From the NCBI GenBank assembly GCA_027487695.1, contig JAIYDB010000019.1:15372-79371 (forward strand): a stretch of 64,000 nt of DNA, in the 5' to 3' direction. Within the stretch, counting starts at the first letter, position 1; every line of letters begins with the position of its first letter. Shown in pieces: positions 9,498-18,450 of this stretch. A program made the position numbers and the translations under genes. The notes beneath the pieces are model-generated. The model was given only the letters and a program-made list of their open reading frames with translations, had not been told where the DNA came from and did not search any database. Origin of the DNA: Cytophagaceae bacterium (GTDB taxonomy: Bacteria; Bacteroidota; Bacteroidia; Cytophagales; Flexibacteraceae).

Positions 9498-10334
9498 CTA
9501 TACTACTTTTTCTCTGCTACGGTAGTTACTTTGGATGGTTACCTCGGATTTGATTTCGTAAGGAGTAAGGCGACTTTGGAAATTTTCATCGGCTAGGTCA
9601 ATCATACCGAAACCTTTGTAAGTGTACTCCCCTAGCCCGCTATTAAACACAAAGTGTTGTACTTCTGGGTGAGCAAATAGAGTGAATGGCATAGTATATC
9701 CACGTACTTCTTCACCGTAACCTTCGCCATCTACATTATAAATGCGGGCAAACTTTTTGTGCTCGTGCTTAATCTTATCTAAGTAGCTATCATCTGGCAC
9801 TACTTGGAACTTGAAGAAGTCTTGAATTTGCTGTGGCGAATACAAACCACTGTGTTCCATACGGCTCATCGTGCTTTCGTAAAGCAAGTCGCTAAAGGTA
9901 TCTATCTCTGGAGAAATAAACTTCTTTAGGTCTAGCTGTGCTATACGTTCCGATGCAATAATCAACGGTGAAATACAAACGTACTTCACTGCTTCACCCA
10001 AGGCTGGTTCTTCTTCAATGGCGACAGATTCTGGTACCAAGATCATTTCGTCCAACCTAATGGTATCGCGTTGGAATACATTATGGATAAATTCTTCTAC
10101 CAAGCCTTTACTACTGGCAGAAAAAACTAATGTTACCTTGCTTGATAGGAAACTAAGTCCACCAGGGGTTACTTTAGTCTGACCTTTTAGGCCACTAAAG
10201 TTTAAATATTCCCAAGCGGGTTTATCGGTATGTTCCTTTAAGATATCTGACACCATACCATATAGTAGGTGTTGATGATGAAAAGGAATAACTGCTCCTC
10301 GGTTTCTTAACCAAAAAATCAGGCGAATTCGCAT
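9498..10334 (-). CDS. Stand-alone Cas6-like endoribonuclease family protein
   Basis: 278 aa from ATG 10334. N-terminus MRIRLIFWL..AVIPFHHQHLLYGMV and C-terminal glycine-rich loop GLGEYTYKGFG (the GhGxxxxxGhG Cas6 signature). The 31-codon upstream extension in the ORF track was discarded. Confidence 0.6.
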   Translation of the reverse strand: MRIRLIFWLRNRGAVIPFHHQHLLYGMVSDILKEHTDKPAWEYLNFSGLKGQTKVTPGGLSFLSSKVTLVFSASSKGLVEEFIHNVFQRDTIRLDEMILVPESVAIEEEPALGEAVKYVCISPLIIASERIAQLDLKKFISPEIDTFSDLLYESTMSRMEHSGLYSPQQIQDFFKFQVVPDDSYLDKIKHEHKKFARIYNVDGEGYGEEVRGYTMPFTLFAHPEVQHFVFNSGLGEYTYKGFGMIDLADENFQSRLTPYEIKSEVTIQSNYRSREKVV

Positions 10335-10494
10335 AATAGGTCCTGTATTTAAAATCGTAAGTAGGTAGGTAAAAGGCTTAAATGGAAAACGATAGTAAAA
10401 CTTTAAGCTTGTTAATAATAACTTCAAAAGTAATTCAAAGTTTTAATTGCGTAATAATTTGTTAATTTGTGAAGAAAATAATTTGTATTTGTTC

Positions 10495-10956
10495 TTGAAA
10501 AAGCACCTTAAACTACTCTTAATCTTTGTTTGCAGCTCAATAATTTTTTTTGCCTGCCAAACAGAACCTTGCTTTTTTCCGAAAGAACCAAGGTTACTAA
10601 TACAGATTTACAGAACTGCAGATACCCTTATAACCAGCACAGATATAGAACAGATTTTCGCTGAAAATATTACTGATACCGTTACACCGTTATTTATAAA
10701 AGGTGGGTTACTATTGCCTCTAAGACAAAATATCGACTCCACTTCTTACAAGATAAAGATAAAGAACTATCCCGATACCTTTAGGCTTAGCGTAAATTAT
10801 ACCAGAAAAGTAGGTCTTTCAGCACCTGAGTGCGGTTTTGTTACATTTTACGAACAAGTGAAAGCCACAAAGCATACCTTCGATACCTTAATAACAGACC
10901 GTTCCTTTATTGATACTTCCTATGCGGTTAATATGCGCACTTATTTGCAGTATTAG
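10495..10956 (+). CDS. Hypothetical lipoprotein (DUF6452-like?)
   Basis: Signal and lipobox KKHLKLLLIFVCSSIIFFAC. There is no ATG; TTG at 10495 is preferred over TTG 10447. The family guess is weak. Confidence 0.45.
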   Translation: MKKHLKLLLIFVCSSIIFFACQTEPCFFPKEPRLLIQIYRTADTLITSTDIEQIFAENITDTVTPLFIKGGLLLPLRQNIDSTSYKIKIKNYPDTFRLSVNYTRKVGLSAPECGFVTFYEQVKATKHTFDTLITDRSFIDTSYAVNMRTYLQY

Positions 10957-11608
10957 TTTTACTGCAAACCTTTACGGACAAATCCTTGCCGATTCTTTGC
11001 GTAGCAACAGCCTAAGAATAGGGATTGATGTGCTTAAAGTAGGTAGCGGTATTGCTAATGGCAATCTGAATAGCGGACTAGAATTCTTTGGGGCTTATAA
11101 CAGTAGAAAGCATATCTTCATTGCCGATTTAGGGACAGCAAATATTCAGAAAGCTGTGAATAACTACCAAGAAACAAGCAAGGGAGCCTATTTCAGATTA
11201 GGGTATGAAAAGAACTTAATGCGCCGAGGCGACGACCAAATTAGCTTCGGAGGAAGATTGGCTGGTTCTGTTTTTCAGTTTCAAGCAAAGGATATCCAAT
11301 TAACAAGTGCCGATTTTAGTAGTTACACGGTTACCCTACCGCCCAAAAATGCGGTACTCTTTTGGTTAGAAGCTAATATGAGTGTTAGGGTAAATATATT
11401 ACCCTACCTAGGTTTAGCCGCCACTGCCAGACTGCAGAGAAAAGTAGGTCAAAACTTCGATACCGATTATTTCCCAGCCAATATCCCAGGCTATGGGAAC
11501 TTTGCTAATAATGTTGCTTTCGGGTTTAACTATTATGTGTTCTTTACCATCCCTTTTAAGCAATACCGAATAGCCGATAAAGATTTAAAACCGCGAGGTG
11601 CCAAATAA
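10922..11608 (+). CDS. Hypothetical outer-membrane beta-barrel protein (DUF6048-like?)
   Basis: Signal peptide MRLICALICSISFTANLYGQ, alternating beta-strand pattern and an aromatic residue near the C-terminus. Overlaps the upstream gene by 35 nt out of frame. Confidence 0.45.
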   Translation: MRLICALICSISFTANLYGQILADSLRSNSLRIGIDVLKVGSGIANGNLNSGLEFFGAYNSRKHIFIADLGTANIQKAVNNYQETSKGAYFRLGYEKNLMRRGDDQISFGGRLAGSVFQFQAKDIQLTSADFSSYTVTLPPKNAVLFWLEANMSVRVNILPYLGLAATARLQRKVGQNFDTDYFPANIPGYGNFANNVAFGFNYYVFFTIPFKQYRIADKDLKPRGAK

Positions 11609-12240
11609 TGCCAGCTGAATATTTAGAAATTCATCCCAAAAATCCAGACGTTAGGAAAATTGCCAAGGTAGTTTCGGCATTGAGAGAAGGGGCGGTGATT
11701 GTGTATCCTACCGATACCGTTTATGGAATGGGCTGCGATATTATGAATGCCCGTGCTATAGAGCGAATTGCCAAGATTAAAGGGATAAAGCCTGAAAAAA
11801 ATACCTTTTCCTTCATTTGTAATGATATAAGCCATATATCAGTTTATGCAAAGCCTATCCCTACGGAGGTTTTCAAGCTGATGAAGCGCACCTTACCAGG
11901 TGCCTATACCTATATTTTAGAGGCAAGTACTAAGGTTCCCAAGCTGCTTAACATCCAAAAGAAAAATGTGGGTATCCGTATTCCTGATAATAATATTGCC
12001 AGAATGTTGGTGAATGAATTGGGTAACCCCATTGTGAGTACCTCCGTTCACGATGCTGATAGACTTATTGACTATACCACCGACCCTTCTGAAATTTACG
12101 ATAACTTCAAGCACTTGGTGGACTTTGTAATTGATGGCGGATACGGGCAAAATGTACCTAGTACCGTGATTGATTGCACTAGCGGTGTTCCCGAATTAGT
12201 ACGTCAAGGTTTGGGGGAGACAGATAGTATATTTGGCTAG
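11608..12240 (+). CDS. tsaC: L-threonylcarbamoyladenylate synthase (YrdC/Sua5 family)
   Basis: 210 aa. Motifs VIVYPTDTVYGMGCD, KPEKNTFSF and NVGIRIPD. Confidence 0.88.
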   Translation: MPAEYLEIHPKNPDVRKIAKVVSALREGAVIVYPTDTVYGMGCDIMNARAIERIAKIKGIKPEKNTFSFICNDISHISVYAKPIPTEVFKLMKRTLPGAYTYILEASTKVPKLLNIQKKNVGIRIPDNNIARMLVNELGNPIVSTSVHDADRLIDYTTDPSEIYDNFKHLVDFVIDGGYGQNVPSTVIDCTSGVPELVRQGLGETDSIFG

Positions 12241-12248
12241 AAGGTAAC

Positions 12249-13139
12249 TTATCCCTTCCTTTCCACCAGCTCCTTAAATTTCATAAGCCTGTAAAAGTCA
12301 AAAAGCTTAAGGTTTACCGTGCCCTTTACTATTTCTTTTTCAATATAGCCTTTGGTTATGGCATAGAAACCTGCCATAATGCCGTGCCAAGATTTTGTCA
12401 TTAAATAAGTTTGGTAAATTTTTGTGCTTTTACCACCAATATTTTGCCTTACTAATGAGGCCAATGTGCTTAAGGCTTCAACTGATTTACGGGCGAATAC
12501 TTCATTTGGCTCTAATCCTATATGGGTTACGGGATTTTCTATTGCTAAAAAGGTATATCCTGCTTCAGAGGCTTTTTCCCCAAATAGGGTATCTTCGTGG
12601 CCGTAGCCTCTAATGGCTTCATTTAGGCCAATTGCTTTAAACTTTTTCTTATCAATCAATAAGTTATTGAAGGAAAGTGCATTGAAGCCTGCTGCTTTCC
12701 TACTTTCAAGTCCTCGAGCTTCTCTTACTTTGCCATATCGCCACCTTAGCAAATTTTCTTTGGCAGGCGGATGTATTTGATAATGGGTTCCTCCAGCAAT
12801 AACATCGGCGGCTTGGGCTACTTCCCAGTATCTCTGAATGAAATTAGGCGATGGAATAGTAGAATCGGCATCAATAAATAATAGCTTATTAAACCTTGCC
12901 GTTACTGCTAACTGATTTCTGATGGCTGCTCTACCCACATTGCCCATCAATTCTACATAATGAACTACCCTATGGTCGCAAATTTCACGGTTTAGTTCTG
13001 CGATAGATAATGTGCTTTCGTCGTCATAGACAATGATTTCTACATTCGGACTCAAGAAACTAAGTTGAGGCACTAAGGCATTAACTAATGGCCTCACGTC
13101 AATTTCATAAACTGGAATTAGAATAGAAAGTCCGTCCAT
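12249..13139 (-). CDS. Glycosyltransferase family 2 protein
   Basis: Motifs LSILIPVYE, YDDEST and FIDADS. ATG 13139 is preferred over the adjacent TTG 13142. Confidence 0.75.
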   Translation of the reverse strand: MDGLSILIPVYEIDVRPLVNALVPQLSFLSPNVEIIVYDDESTLSIAELNREICDHRVVHYVELMGNVGRAAIRNQLAVTARFNKLLFIDADSTIPSPNFIQRYWEVAQAADVIAGGTHYQIHPPAKENLLRWRYGKVREARGLESRKAAGFNALSFNNLLIDKKKFKAIGLNEAIRGYGHEDTLFGEKASEAGYTFLAIENPVTHIGLEPNEVFARKSVEALSTLASLVRQNIGGKSTKIYQTYLMTKSWHGIMAGFYAITKGYIEKEIVKGTVNLKLFDFYRLMKFKELVERKG

Positions 13140-13145
13140 CAAAAC

Positions 13146-13859
13146 TTAACCTTTGTAGCTGATTTCGGCCAGTTCTATGTTGGTAATATCTTCTACTTTA
13201 CCTTCAGAACAGCGTAAAACACGAGCAGGAAATTCCTTAATCAAGTAATGGTTGTGGGTTGCCATTAAAATAGCAGTTCCTGAATTGTTAATGGCTTTAA
13301 AAATCCGAAGAATTTCAGCCCCAACAATCGGGTCCAAGTTACCCGTAGGTTCATCAGCTACTAATAATTTAGGCTCATTGATTAAAGCTCTCGCAATGGC
13401 TATACGTTGCTGCTCTCCCCCACTTAGCTGGTGTGGCAGTCGCTGACCCATATTTGGCAATCCTACTTGAAGTAATACTTCGTTGGCTCTTCGCCTTATA
13501 TCTGAAAGGTTATTCCAGCCAGTAGCCTTCATCACAAAGACCAAGTTATCAAAAATTGACCTATCTGATAACAATTGAAAATCCTGAAAAATGATACCTA
13601 ATTGCCTTCTTAGCGTTGGTATTTGGCTCTTTTTTAATTTTGCCAAATCTATGCCAGCCACATTTGCGGCACCAGAAGCAATTGATACATCGCCATAGAT
13701 GGATTTTAGTAGCGACGATTTACCGCTACCCGTTCTACCTACCAGGTAAACAAATTCACCTTTGGCAATACTAAAAGTTGCCTGTTCCAGAACAGTTTTT
13801 TCTGAATGGGCTATATTAACCCCAACATATTCCAGAACAGGTAACTGAGAAATACTCAT
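13146..13859 (-). CDS. ftsE: ABC ATP-binding protein, FtsE-like
   Basis: Walker [10 protein letters not shown], signature LSGGEQQR and Walker B LLVADEP. No ftsX gene is adjacent. Confidence 0.75.
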   Translation of the reverse strand: MSISQLPVLEYVGVNIAHSEKTVLEQATFSIAKGEFVYLVGRTGSGKSSLLKSIYGDVSIASGAANVAGIDLAKLKKSQIPTLRRQLGIIFQDFQLLSDRSIFDNLVFVMKATGWNNLSDIRRRANEVLLQVGLPNMGQRLPHQLSGGEQQRIAIARALINEPKLLVADEPTGNLDPIVGAEILRIFKAINNSGTAILMATHNHYLIKEFPARVLRCSEGKVEDITNIELAEISYKG

Positions 13860-13865
13860 AACTAT

Positions 13866-14069
13866 TTATAAATCTAAGGCTTGCAGTTTTCCAAACGGCA
13901 AATTTCTAATGATGATTTCTAAGGCTTCGTCTTTGCCTTCTAAACCGTACTTTTCCAAATTTTTCAAAGGTCTATCGGCTCTGAAATAGGCCACAAGCAC
14001 AAACTTATCGTCGCGCAACTGGATATAATCAGGAATTTTTGCCTTGCCTTTTACTTTGATAATGTACAT
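13866..14069 (-). CDS. Hypothetical small protein (67 aa)
   Basis: ATG start. Sits 7 nt upstream of ftsE on the same strand. No family recognised. Confidence 0.4.
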   Translation of the reverse strand: MYIIKVKGKAKIPDYIQLRDDKFVLVAYFRADRPLKNLEKYGLEGKDEALEIIIRNLPFGKLQALDL

Positions 14070-14117
14070 AGAAATGTAGTTACGTTTGGTTTCTTCTTTA
14101 ACAACTGTAAAGAAGGA

Positions 14118-14774
14118 CTAACCGTTTACTTTTTTGTAATCTGAAAGGAATTTTTCCAAACCAGAATCGGTAAGAGGGTGCTTAAGCAATGCCTTAATCG
14201 CACTCAATGGGCAAGTAGCAACATCCGCTCCAATTTCAGCACATTGAATAATGTGCATTGGGTGCCTGATACTAGCAGCTAGTACTTCCGTAGCGTAGCC
14301 ATAGTTGTTATAGATATGCACAATTTGCTCAATCAACTGAATACCATCAGTACTCACATCGTCTAGCCTACCAATAAATGGCGATACATAACTTGCACCA
14401 GCTTTAGCAGCCAATAACGCCTGCCCAGCAGAAAATACTAAGGTACAGTTGGTTCTAATACCCTTTTGAGAGAAGTACTTTATGGCTTTAACACCATCTT
14501 CAATCATTGGGATTTTTACAACAATTTTATCGTCTATATCGGCAAGTTCTTCACCTTCAGCAATCATACCTTTAAGATCGGTAGCTATTACTTCGGCACT
14601 TACGCAATCGTCAACTATATCGCAAATTGCTTTGTAGTGGCCTAAAATACGGTCTTTGCCGCTTATACCTTCTTTAGCCATTAACGATGGGTTTGTGGTT
14701 ACACCATCTAAAACGCCTAAATCATAGGCTTCTTTAATTTCAGCCAAGTTGGCGGTATCGATAAAAAACTTCAT
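14118..14774 (-). CDS. fsa: Fructose-6-phosphate aldolase / transaldolase class 3B
   Basis: 218 aa. Motifs [14 protein letters not shown] and VKIP. Confidence 0.9.
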   Translation of the reverse strand: MKFFIDTANLAEIKEAYDLGVLDGVTTNPSLMAKEGISGKDRILGHYKAICDIVDDCVSAEVIATDLKGMIAEGEELADIDDKIVVKIPMIEDGVKAIKYFSQKGIRTNCTLVFSAGQALLAAKAGASYVSPFIGRLDDVSTDGIQLIEQIVHIYNNYGYATEVLAASIRHPMHIIQCAEIGADVATCPLSAIKALLKHPLTDSGLEKFLSDYKKVNG

Positions 14775-14813
14775 CGGGATTATTGTAGTTGTTTAAGCGT
14801 GCAAGATAAACAA

Positions 14814-14842
14814 AAACGAGCCGGTTATGCACCAGCTCGTTT
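14814..14842 (-). terminator. Terminator of tsf
   Basis: 11-bp stem with one mismatch (AAACGAGCCGG/CCAGCTCGTTT). T-run on the minus strand. Confidence 0.55.
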
Positions 14843-14872
14843 TCAAATTTTCGGTATTTATTATTAGCCAGA

Positions 14873-15703
14873 TTAGATAGCTACACGGCTAAAACGAACC
14901 ACTTTCAAATCCTTAGAGATTGAATCCATTAACTGACGTACTGTCTTAGACTCATCTGCTAATGATTGTTGGTGGTACAAAGTGTTTTCTTTGAAGAATT
15001 TCTGTAAACGACCTTGAGCAATTTTATCTAGCATAGCTTCAGCTTTGCCTTCGTTGCGAGCAAGTTCTTTACCAATTTCAACTTCCTTTTCAATGATAGA
15101 AGCATCTACATCGTCTTCGCTAACTGCAACTGGCTTTAATGCTGCAATTTGAAGAGCTAGATCGCCACCCAACTCAGCAACGTCAGTTGAACCAACACCG
15201 CTTAATTCAACTACAACACCAATTTTTCCGTTGAAGTGACGGTAAGTTGCAACTTTTTCACCTGCAACTTTGCTGAAGCCTACGATATCTACCTTCTCAC
15301 CAATTTTACCAGTAAGATCCATCATATGCTCGCTAATTGAACGACCATCAGCCGCTGCAAGCGCTAATAAATCTTCAGATGTAGCTGGTTCATGAGCAAC
15401 TGCTAATGCAAGAATAGTATTGCCAAGGTTAACAAAATCGTCGGTTTTTGCAACGAAATCAGTTTCGCAACCTAAACCAACTACAGTTGCTGCAGTGTGG
15501 TTATCGTTGGTATGGATAAAAACTGCACCTTCAGTAGTTTCTCTATCGGCACGAGCTGCAGAAACTTTCTGACCTTTTTTACGAAGAACCACAACGGCAT
15601 CGTCGAAATTGCCATTAGCTTCGGTTAAGGCTTTTTTACAATCCATCATACCGGCACCGGTCATCTGACGCAGTTTGTTAACATCGGCTGCTGTAATAGA
15701 CAT
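14873..15703 (-). CDS. tsf: Translation elongation factor Ts
   Basis: N-terminal UBA-like AADVNKLRQMTGAGMMDCKKAL. Start reset to ATG 15703. Confidence 0.95.
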   Translation of the reverse strand: MSITAADVNKLRQMTGAGMMDCKKALTEANGNFDDAVVVLRKKGQKVSAARADRETTEGAVFIHTNDNHTAATVVGLGCETDFVAKTDDFVNLGNTILALAVAHEPATSEDLLALAAADGRSISEHMMDLTGKIGEKVDIVGFSKVAGEKVATYRHFNGKIGVVVELSGVGSTDVAELGGDLALQIAALKPVAVSEDDVDASIIEKEVEIGKELARNEGKAEAMLDKIAQGRLQKFFKENTLYHQQSLADESKTVRQLMDSISKDLKVVRFSRVAI

Positions 15704-15909
15704 ATTATTTATGTTGATAAGTGTGAAGACAATACAGTGTATTGAGCGGCGCAAAATTCGATATTTTTACCCGCTTTTCAAAGTACTATACATTCTTTGT
15801 GCCATAATAGATAAAGTCATAATGGCAGTGGCAAAGATTTTGAGGAGGTATAAAAACACTTTGGCAAAAAAGAATTTTACGAAAATGATTGGATTGTGTT
15901 AATAAAATC

Positions 15910-15917
15910 TATTTTTG
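15910..15917 (+). promoter_or_regulatory. -7 promoter box TAttTTTG
   Basis: TAnnTTTG match about 50 nt upstream of ATG 15969. Confidence 0.35.
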
Positions 15918-15968
15918 CCCGAAATACAACTACAATTACTCGGTTACAACTTTAAACAATTAGTACCT

Positions 15969-16190
15969 ATGATTTGGACTTTAGAATTAGCCTCTAGTTT
16001 GGACGATGCGCCTTGGCCTGCTACTAAAGATGAACTTATTGATTATGCCTCACGTACAGGCGCTCAAAGAGAAGTAATCGAAAACTTACAAGAGTTGGAA
16101 GATGATGGTCAGCCTTACGAAAGTATTGAAGAAATTTGGCCAGATTACCCTACAAAAGACGATTTCTTCTTCAACGAAGACGAGTATTAG
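15969..16190 (+). CDS. DUF2795 domain-containing protein
   Basis: 73 aa. Motif WPATKDELIDYA and an acidic C-terminus. Start reset to ATG 15969. Confidence 0.65.
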   Translation: MIWTLELASSLDDAPWPATKDELIDYASRTGAQREVIENLQELEDDGQPYESIEEIWPDYPTKDDFFFNEDEY

Positions 16191-16208
16191 TAGGTCTTAA
16201 TCAGCAAA

Positions 16209-16919
16209 ATGGTTAACATACAACAACTAACCGCGGGTTACTCTGGTAAAGATGTAATACGCGGTTTTTCTTTATCGGTTACTGAAGGGGAAATCGTTTT
16301 TCTTTTAGGAAGAAATGGAAGTGGAAAAACCACTTTCATTAAATCGCTTTGCTCTGAAATGCCCTATCAAGGGAAAATCGAAGTTGCAGGAAATGATATT
16401 AAACAACTAAAGCCAAAAGTACGCGCAGGTTTAATTGCTAACCTACCCCAATTAACTTATACTAATTTTGATATTAGTGTTCTGGAATTGGTAATTGCCG
16501 GCAAGTTTCACCAGAAAAAGTTGTTGGAAGATTATTCCAAAGCCGATGAAGCTGAGGCTATTGCAGCCATTGAAGCTTTAGGATTTGCCCAACCTGAACA
16601 ATCTATCCTTACACTTAGCGGTGGCGAGCAGCAAATGATATGGTTGGCGCAGGTAAGTATGCAAAATACACCATTAATCGTGTTAGACGAACCTACCCAA
16701 CATCTGGATTTGTACTTTACAAAGCAGGTTTTCAATCAACTAGAAACTTGGGTAAACCAAGGAAAAACAATCCTTGTTTCAACTCACGACATTCAATACT
16801 TAGCTCAGTTTCCAAAGGCTAGGTTGCTATTTTTTCAAAAGTATAAAGTGCCAGTATTGTATTCCAATACTCCTGAAAATCTGGACATTATCATTAAAAG
16901 TATTGAGCAAGGTAGCTAG
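16209..16919 (+). CDS. ABC transporter ATP-binding protein (FepC/BtuD-like)
   Basis: Walker A GRNGSGKTT, signature LSGGEQQ and Walker B LIVLDEP. No permease gene is in the window. Confidence 0.8.
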   Translation: MVNIQQLTAGYSGKDVIRGFSLSVTEGEIVFLLGRNGSGKTTFIKSLCSEMPYQGKIEVAGNDIKQLKPKVRAGLIANLPQLTYTNFDISVLELVIAGKFHQKKLLEDYSKADEAEAIAAIEALGFAQPEQSILTLSGGEQQMIWLAQVSMQNTPLIVLDEPTQHLDLYFTKQVFNQLETWVNQGKTILVSTHDIQYLAQFPKARLLFFQKYKVPVLYSNTPENLDIIIKSIEQGS

Positions 16920-16920
16920 C

Positions 16921-17343
16921 CTATTGCGCAATACATTCCGGGCAAGTGCCCTGTACCACCAATTTACTTATCGTACCTTTATACCCTTGCGGAAGAACCA
17001 CATTAGGTACGTTTGCGCTTTCTAGGCAAGTTGTTTTCTTGCATTCTAAACAGGTAAAATGCACGTGGTTATGTTGGTGATGGCCACTAGGCTCACAGGT
17101 ATGCAAGCACAAAGCATATTTTACCGTTTGCTGTTCGTCTGGTATGGTATGCAGTAATCCTTTTTCTACAAAGCTGCGCAAAATTCTATATAAGGTAACC
17201 CTATCCATTTGAGCATTAACCTGATGCTCTATCTCATTATAAGAAAGAGCATAATCGTTATGTTGAAATAACGATAGCACAGTTTTTCTTTGCTCCGTAG
17301 TACGTAGTCCGTAATCGGACAAAATTTCAGGCACTTGCTTCAT
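16921..17343 (-). CDS. Fur family transcriptional regulator (Fur/Zur/PerR type not resolved)
   Basis: 140 aa. Winged-helix segment TLYRILRSFVEKGLL, His-rich HHQHNHVH and two CxxC pairs (CLEC, CPEC). Confidence 0.85.
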   Translation of the reverse strand: MKQVPEILSDYGLRTTEQRKTVLSLFQHNDYALSYNEIEHQVNAQMDRVTLYRILRSFVEKGLLHTIPDEQQTVKYALCLHTCEPSGHHQHNHVHFTCLECKKTTCLESANVPNVVLPQGYKGTISKLVVQGTCPECIAQ

Positions 17344-18342
17344 TTATAACGCCCCCACTTGATGACTTTTGAAATATATAGCCAACTCCTTAGCAAAGTA
17401 GGTTAATATGATTTTAGCTCCTGCACGTTTTAAACCTACTAAGCTTTCAATCATTGCCTTATCATTATCAATCCAACCGTTGGCTGCTGCTGCTTTAACC
17501 ATAGCATATTCACCACTTACATTATAAGCCGCAATTGGTTGCTGGAAATTATCGGCAAGTAGTTTAACAACATCTAGGTAAGGCAATCCCGGTTTCACCA
17601 TTAAAATATCTGCTCCTTCAGCAACATCTAAATCAGCCTCAATTAAGGCCTCTTTGCTATTGGCGAAGTTCATTTGATATGTTTTCTTATCACCAAACTT
17701 AGGTGCAGAATCTAAAGCATCGCGGAAAGGACCATAAAATGCACTTGCATATTTGGCTGTGTATGCCATAATACTCGTATTGGTAAATCCTGCGTCGTCT
17801 AAGGCTTCTCTAATATACCCGATACGACCGTCCATCATATCACTTGGACCAAGAATATCAGCTCCTGCTTTTGCTTGTGCCACTGCCATTGCAGCAAGAA
17901 TAGGCAAAGTTTTATCGTTGATAATTTCACCGTGCTCAACATAACCATCGTGCCCATCAGAACTGTAAGGGTCCATTGCAACATCGGTCATTAAAACGAT
18001 ATCAGGATAGCACGCTTTTATCCTTCTAATTGCCTCTAGGTAAAGCCCTTGTTCGTTGGTGCTTTCGGTAGCAAACTTATCTTTAATGCTATCAGGCAAA
18101 GCTGGAAATAAAGCAAATGCCGATAGTCCTAAGTTTACACACTCCCCTATTTCAGCCAAAAGTAAATCCAATGAATACCTGTAAATTCCCGGCATTGAAG
18201 TAATGGCAATTTTTTGGTTTTCACCAGGCACTACAAACATGGGGAATATCAAATCGCTTAGCAATAAGTGGTTTTCAGCCACCATACTACGTAATGCTGC
18301 CGATTTTCTATTTCTTCTAGGACGAATAGGAAGGTTAATCAT
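17344..18342 (-). CDS. hemB: Porphobilinogen synthase
   Basis: Motifs PRRNR and MVKPG. Asp-rich metal motif DVAMDPYSSDGHDG. Start reset to ATG 18342. Its stop abuts the fur-family start. Confidence 0.93.
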   Translation of the reverse strand: MINLPIRPRRNRKSAALRSMVAENHLLLSDLIFPMFVVPGENQKIAITSMPGIYRYSLDLLLAEIGECVNLGLSAFALFPALPDSIKDKFATESTNEQGLYLEAIRRIKACYPDIVLMTDVAMDPYSSDGHDGYVEHGEIINDKTLPILAAMAVAQAKAGADILGPSDMMDGRIGYIREALDDAGFTNTSIMAYTAKYASAFYGPFRDALDSAPKFGDKKTYQMNFANSKEALIEADLDVAEGADILMVKPGLPYLDVVKLLADNFQQPIAAYNVSGEYAMVKAAAANGWIDNDKAMIESLVGLKRAGAKIILTYFAKELAIYFKSHQVGAL

Positions 18343-18391
18343 ACTACAAATATACCAAGTAATAAAGCCCATTGTTTGCCCTAACAACCAT

Positions 18392-18408
18392 TCATCATTA
18401 ATTGATGA
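18392..18408. promoter_or_regulatory. AT-rich palindrome TCATCA-N5-TGATGA upstream of hemB-fur
   Basis: Read directly, 50-66 nt upstream of the hemB start. Candidate Fur-family operator, but similarity to known Fur boxes is loose. Confidence 0.3.
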
Positions 18409-18450
18409 TTTAGCTATAGAATTTGTGGTACTTTTAAAAGTGGATAAAGC

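Noticed and set aside
15704-15754. N-terminal extensions in the ORF track (tsf; also hemB 18343-18387, typA 36365-36403, pyrG 45347-45373, menA 28122-28256, ileS 28072-28221, the cas6-like gene 10335-10427)
   Set aside because: Canonical conserved N-termini begin at internal ATGs. The extensions are hydrophobic or odd in composition and overlap neighbouring genes.
15675-15902. 75-aa plus-strand ORF in the tsf upstream region
   Set aside because: It begins inside the tsf coding 5' end. It is AT-rich with no recognisable features and is more likely promoter DNA.
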